Positions 25,380 through 26,065 of a stretch of DNA of 26,065 nt are shown piece by piece. A program made the position numbers and the translations under genes. This DNA comes from a virus. Lineage: Duplodnaviria > Caudoviricetes. Location of the stretch: positions 1 through 26,065 of IMG/VR virus record IMGVR_UViG_3300042992_000231. The stretch is one strand, 5' to 3'. Positions within the stretch are counted from its first letter, which is position 1. Every line of letters begins with the position of its first letter. Below the pieces are notes generated by a model, which searched no databases, was not told where the DNA came from, and saw only the letters and a list, made by a program, of their open reading frames with translations.

Positions 25380-25384
25380 GGTGC

Positions 25385-25912
25385 TCAAGAGCTTACTGAA
25401 AGCCTCAAGATTTTTTCTAGGCTCAGCGGTGCACAGTTGCTCTTCTCATGCCCGTTGAGGGGTGGATCAAACATATGGATGTAAAGCGACTCCAGCACGT
25501 TGAGGTGCTCCCTTGGGCACGGGATCACGGTGAAGCTGTCAAAAGTCTTGCCTGCATGGCCGCTTATTCTGGCGTAGACATTCACCGATTGGCCGACGTA
25601 AACGATCTTGTTGTTGGATATGAGAAAGTACACGCCCGTGAAACTTTGCCAAGGCTTGGCGGCTTTCAAGATCGCCTCTGCTGAAGCAAGTGTCTTGCTG
25701 GCTACCTTGTTGGACACCTCGTTCATGGTGTCCAGTTGCTGGATGATTTGCAGCTTATTTTCAAGCTCCTTGATCTCGTCTTTGAGTAAGTACTGGCGTT
25801 CATAGGCGTCTTGCATTGCCGTTTTGTGCGCCGCTTTGTTTGCGCGGCGCGTGGCAATTGCTTTGGCGGTGCGCCTTGCCTGCTCTTCTGGTGATGGTTT
25901 GATGTATGCCAT
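25385..25912 (-). CDS. GIY-YIG nuclease domain protein with N-terminal basic/coiled-coil region
   Basis: TGVYFL..KIVYVGQSVNVYARI..H..LE..YI..F.PPLN; AAGGA RBS. Confidence 0.82.
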   Translation of the reverse strand: MAYIKPSPEEQARRTAKAIATRRANKAAHKTAMQDAYERQYLLKDEIKELENKLQIIQQLDTMNEVSNKVASKTLASAEAILKAAKPWQSFTGVYFLISNNKIVYVGQSVNVYARISGHAGKTFDSFTVIPCPREHLNVLESLYIHMFDPPLNGHEKSNCAPLSLEKILRLSVSS

Positions 25913-25944
25913 GATTTATGGTTTCCTTTTATCATTCTCTTCGG

Positions 25945-26064
25945 TCACTGAGGGTCGTGCCATATGTCCGGCGTGGCCCATGCGAACAGGCCCATCCACA
26001 TGCTCGGACAGTCGCCCACCTTGTCGAACAGTAGCTGGGCCAAGGCAAGCTGGTTCTCGCGCTC
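25945..26064 (-). CDS. 3' end of a hypothetical protein (truncated by the window edge)
   Basis: Open frame ..ERENQLALAQLLFDKVGDCPSMWMGLFAWATPDIWHDPQ* just upstream of the GIY-YIG gene. Confidence 0.35.
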   Translation of the reverse strand, partial: ERENQLALAQLLFDKVGDCPSMWMGLFAWATPDIWHDPQ

Positions 26065-26065
26065 T

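Larger units (their letters stand above)
1..26065. mobile_element. Tailed bacteriophage genome fragment (podovirus-like; late/virion module converging on an early/recombination module)
   Basis: Endolysin plus holins, tail/ejection-type proteins, polyvalent protein, ERF/SSB/exonuclease; tightly packed genes with ATGA-type overlaps; no host housekeeping genes. Confidence 0.95.

Overview
This window is a 26-kb fragment of a tailed dsDNA phage, probably podovirus-like with a Gram-negative host (both inferred). The + strand from 36 to 18011 is a late operon. It contains a lipoprotein, a lysis cassette (a T4-T-like holin candidate, a 3-TM holin and a GH24 endolysin), a P22-gp10-like tail/stabilisation protein, several ejection-type internal virion proteins, and a 2331-aa polyvalent protein (HExxxH metallopeptidase, ART-PolyVal ADP-ribosyltransferase, LPD38-like C-terminus). 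A convergent hairpin region separates it from a - strand early operon (18101-24247). That operon encodes an HNH/Ref-like nuclease, SSB, an ERF recombinase, a PD-(D/E)XK exonuclease, an Acb2/Tad1-like anti-defence sponge candidate and many small proteins. A divergent promoter region and a VRR-NUC gene follow. The most striking part is the ~750-bp non-coding island at 24640-25380. It has two sigma70-type promoters and up to four structured RNA modules: an anti-Shine-Dalgarno/anti-AUG sRNA, a P4-CI/C4-like pseudoknotted attenuator, a tRNA-shaped kissing-loop RNA closed by a perfect 17-bp stem, and a further multi-stem RNA. A GIY-YIG gene closes the window. All family assignments come from motif recognition by eye, not from database searches.
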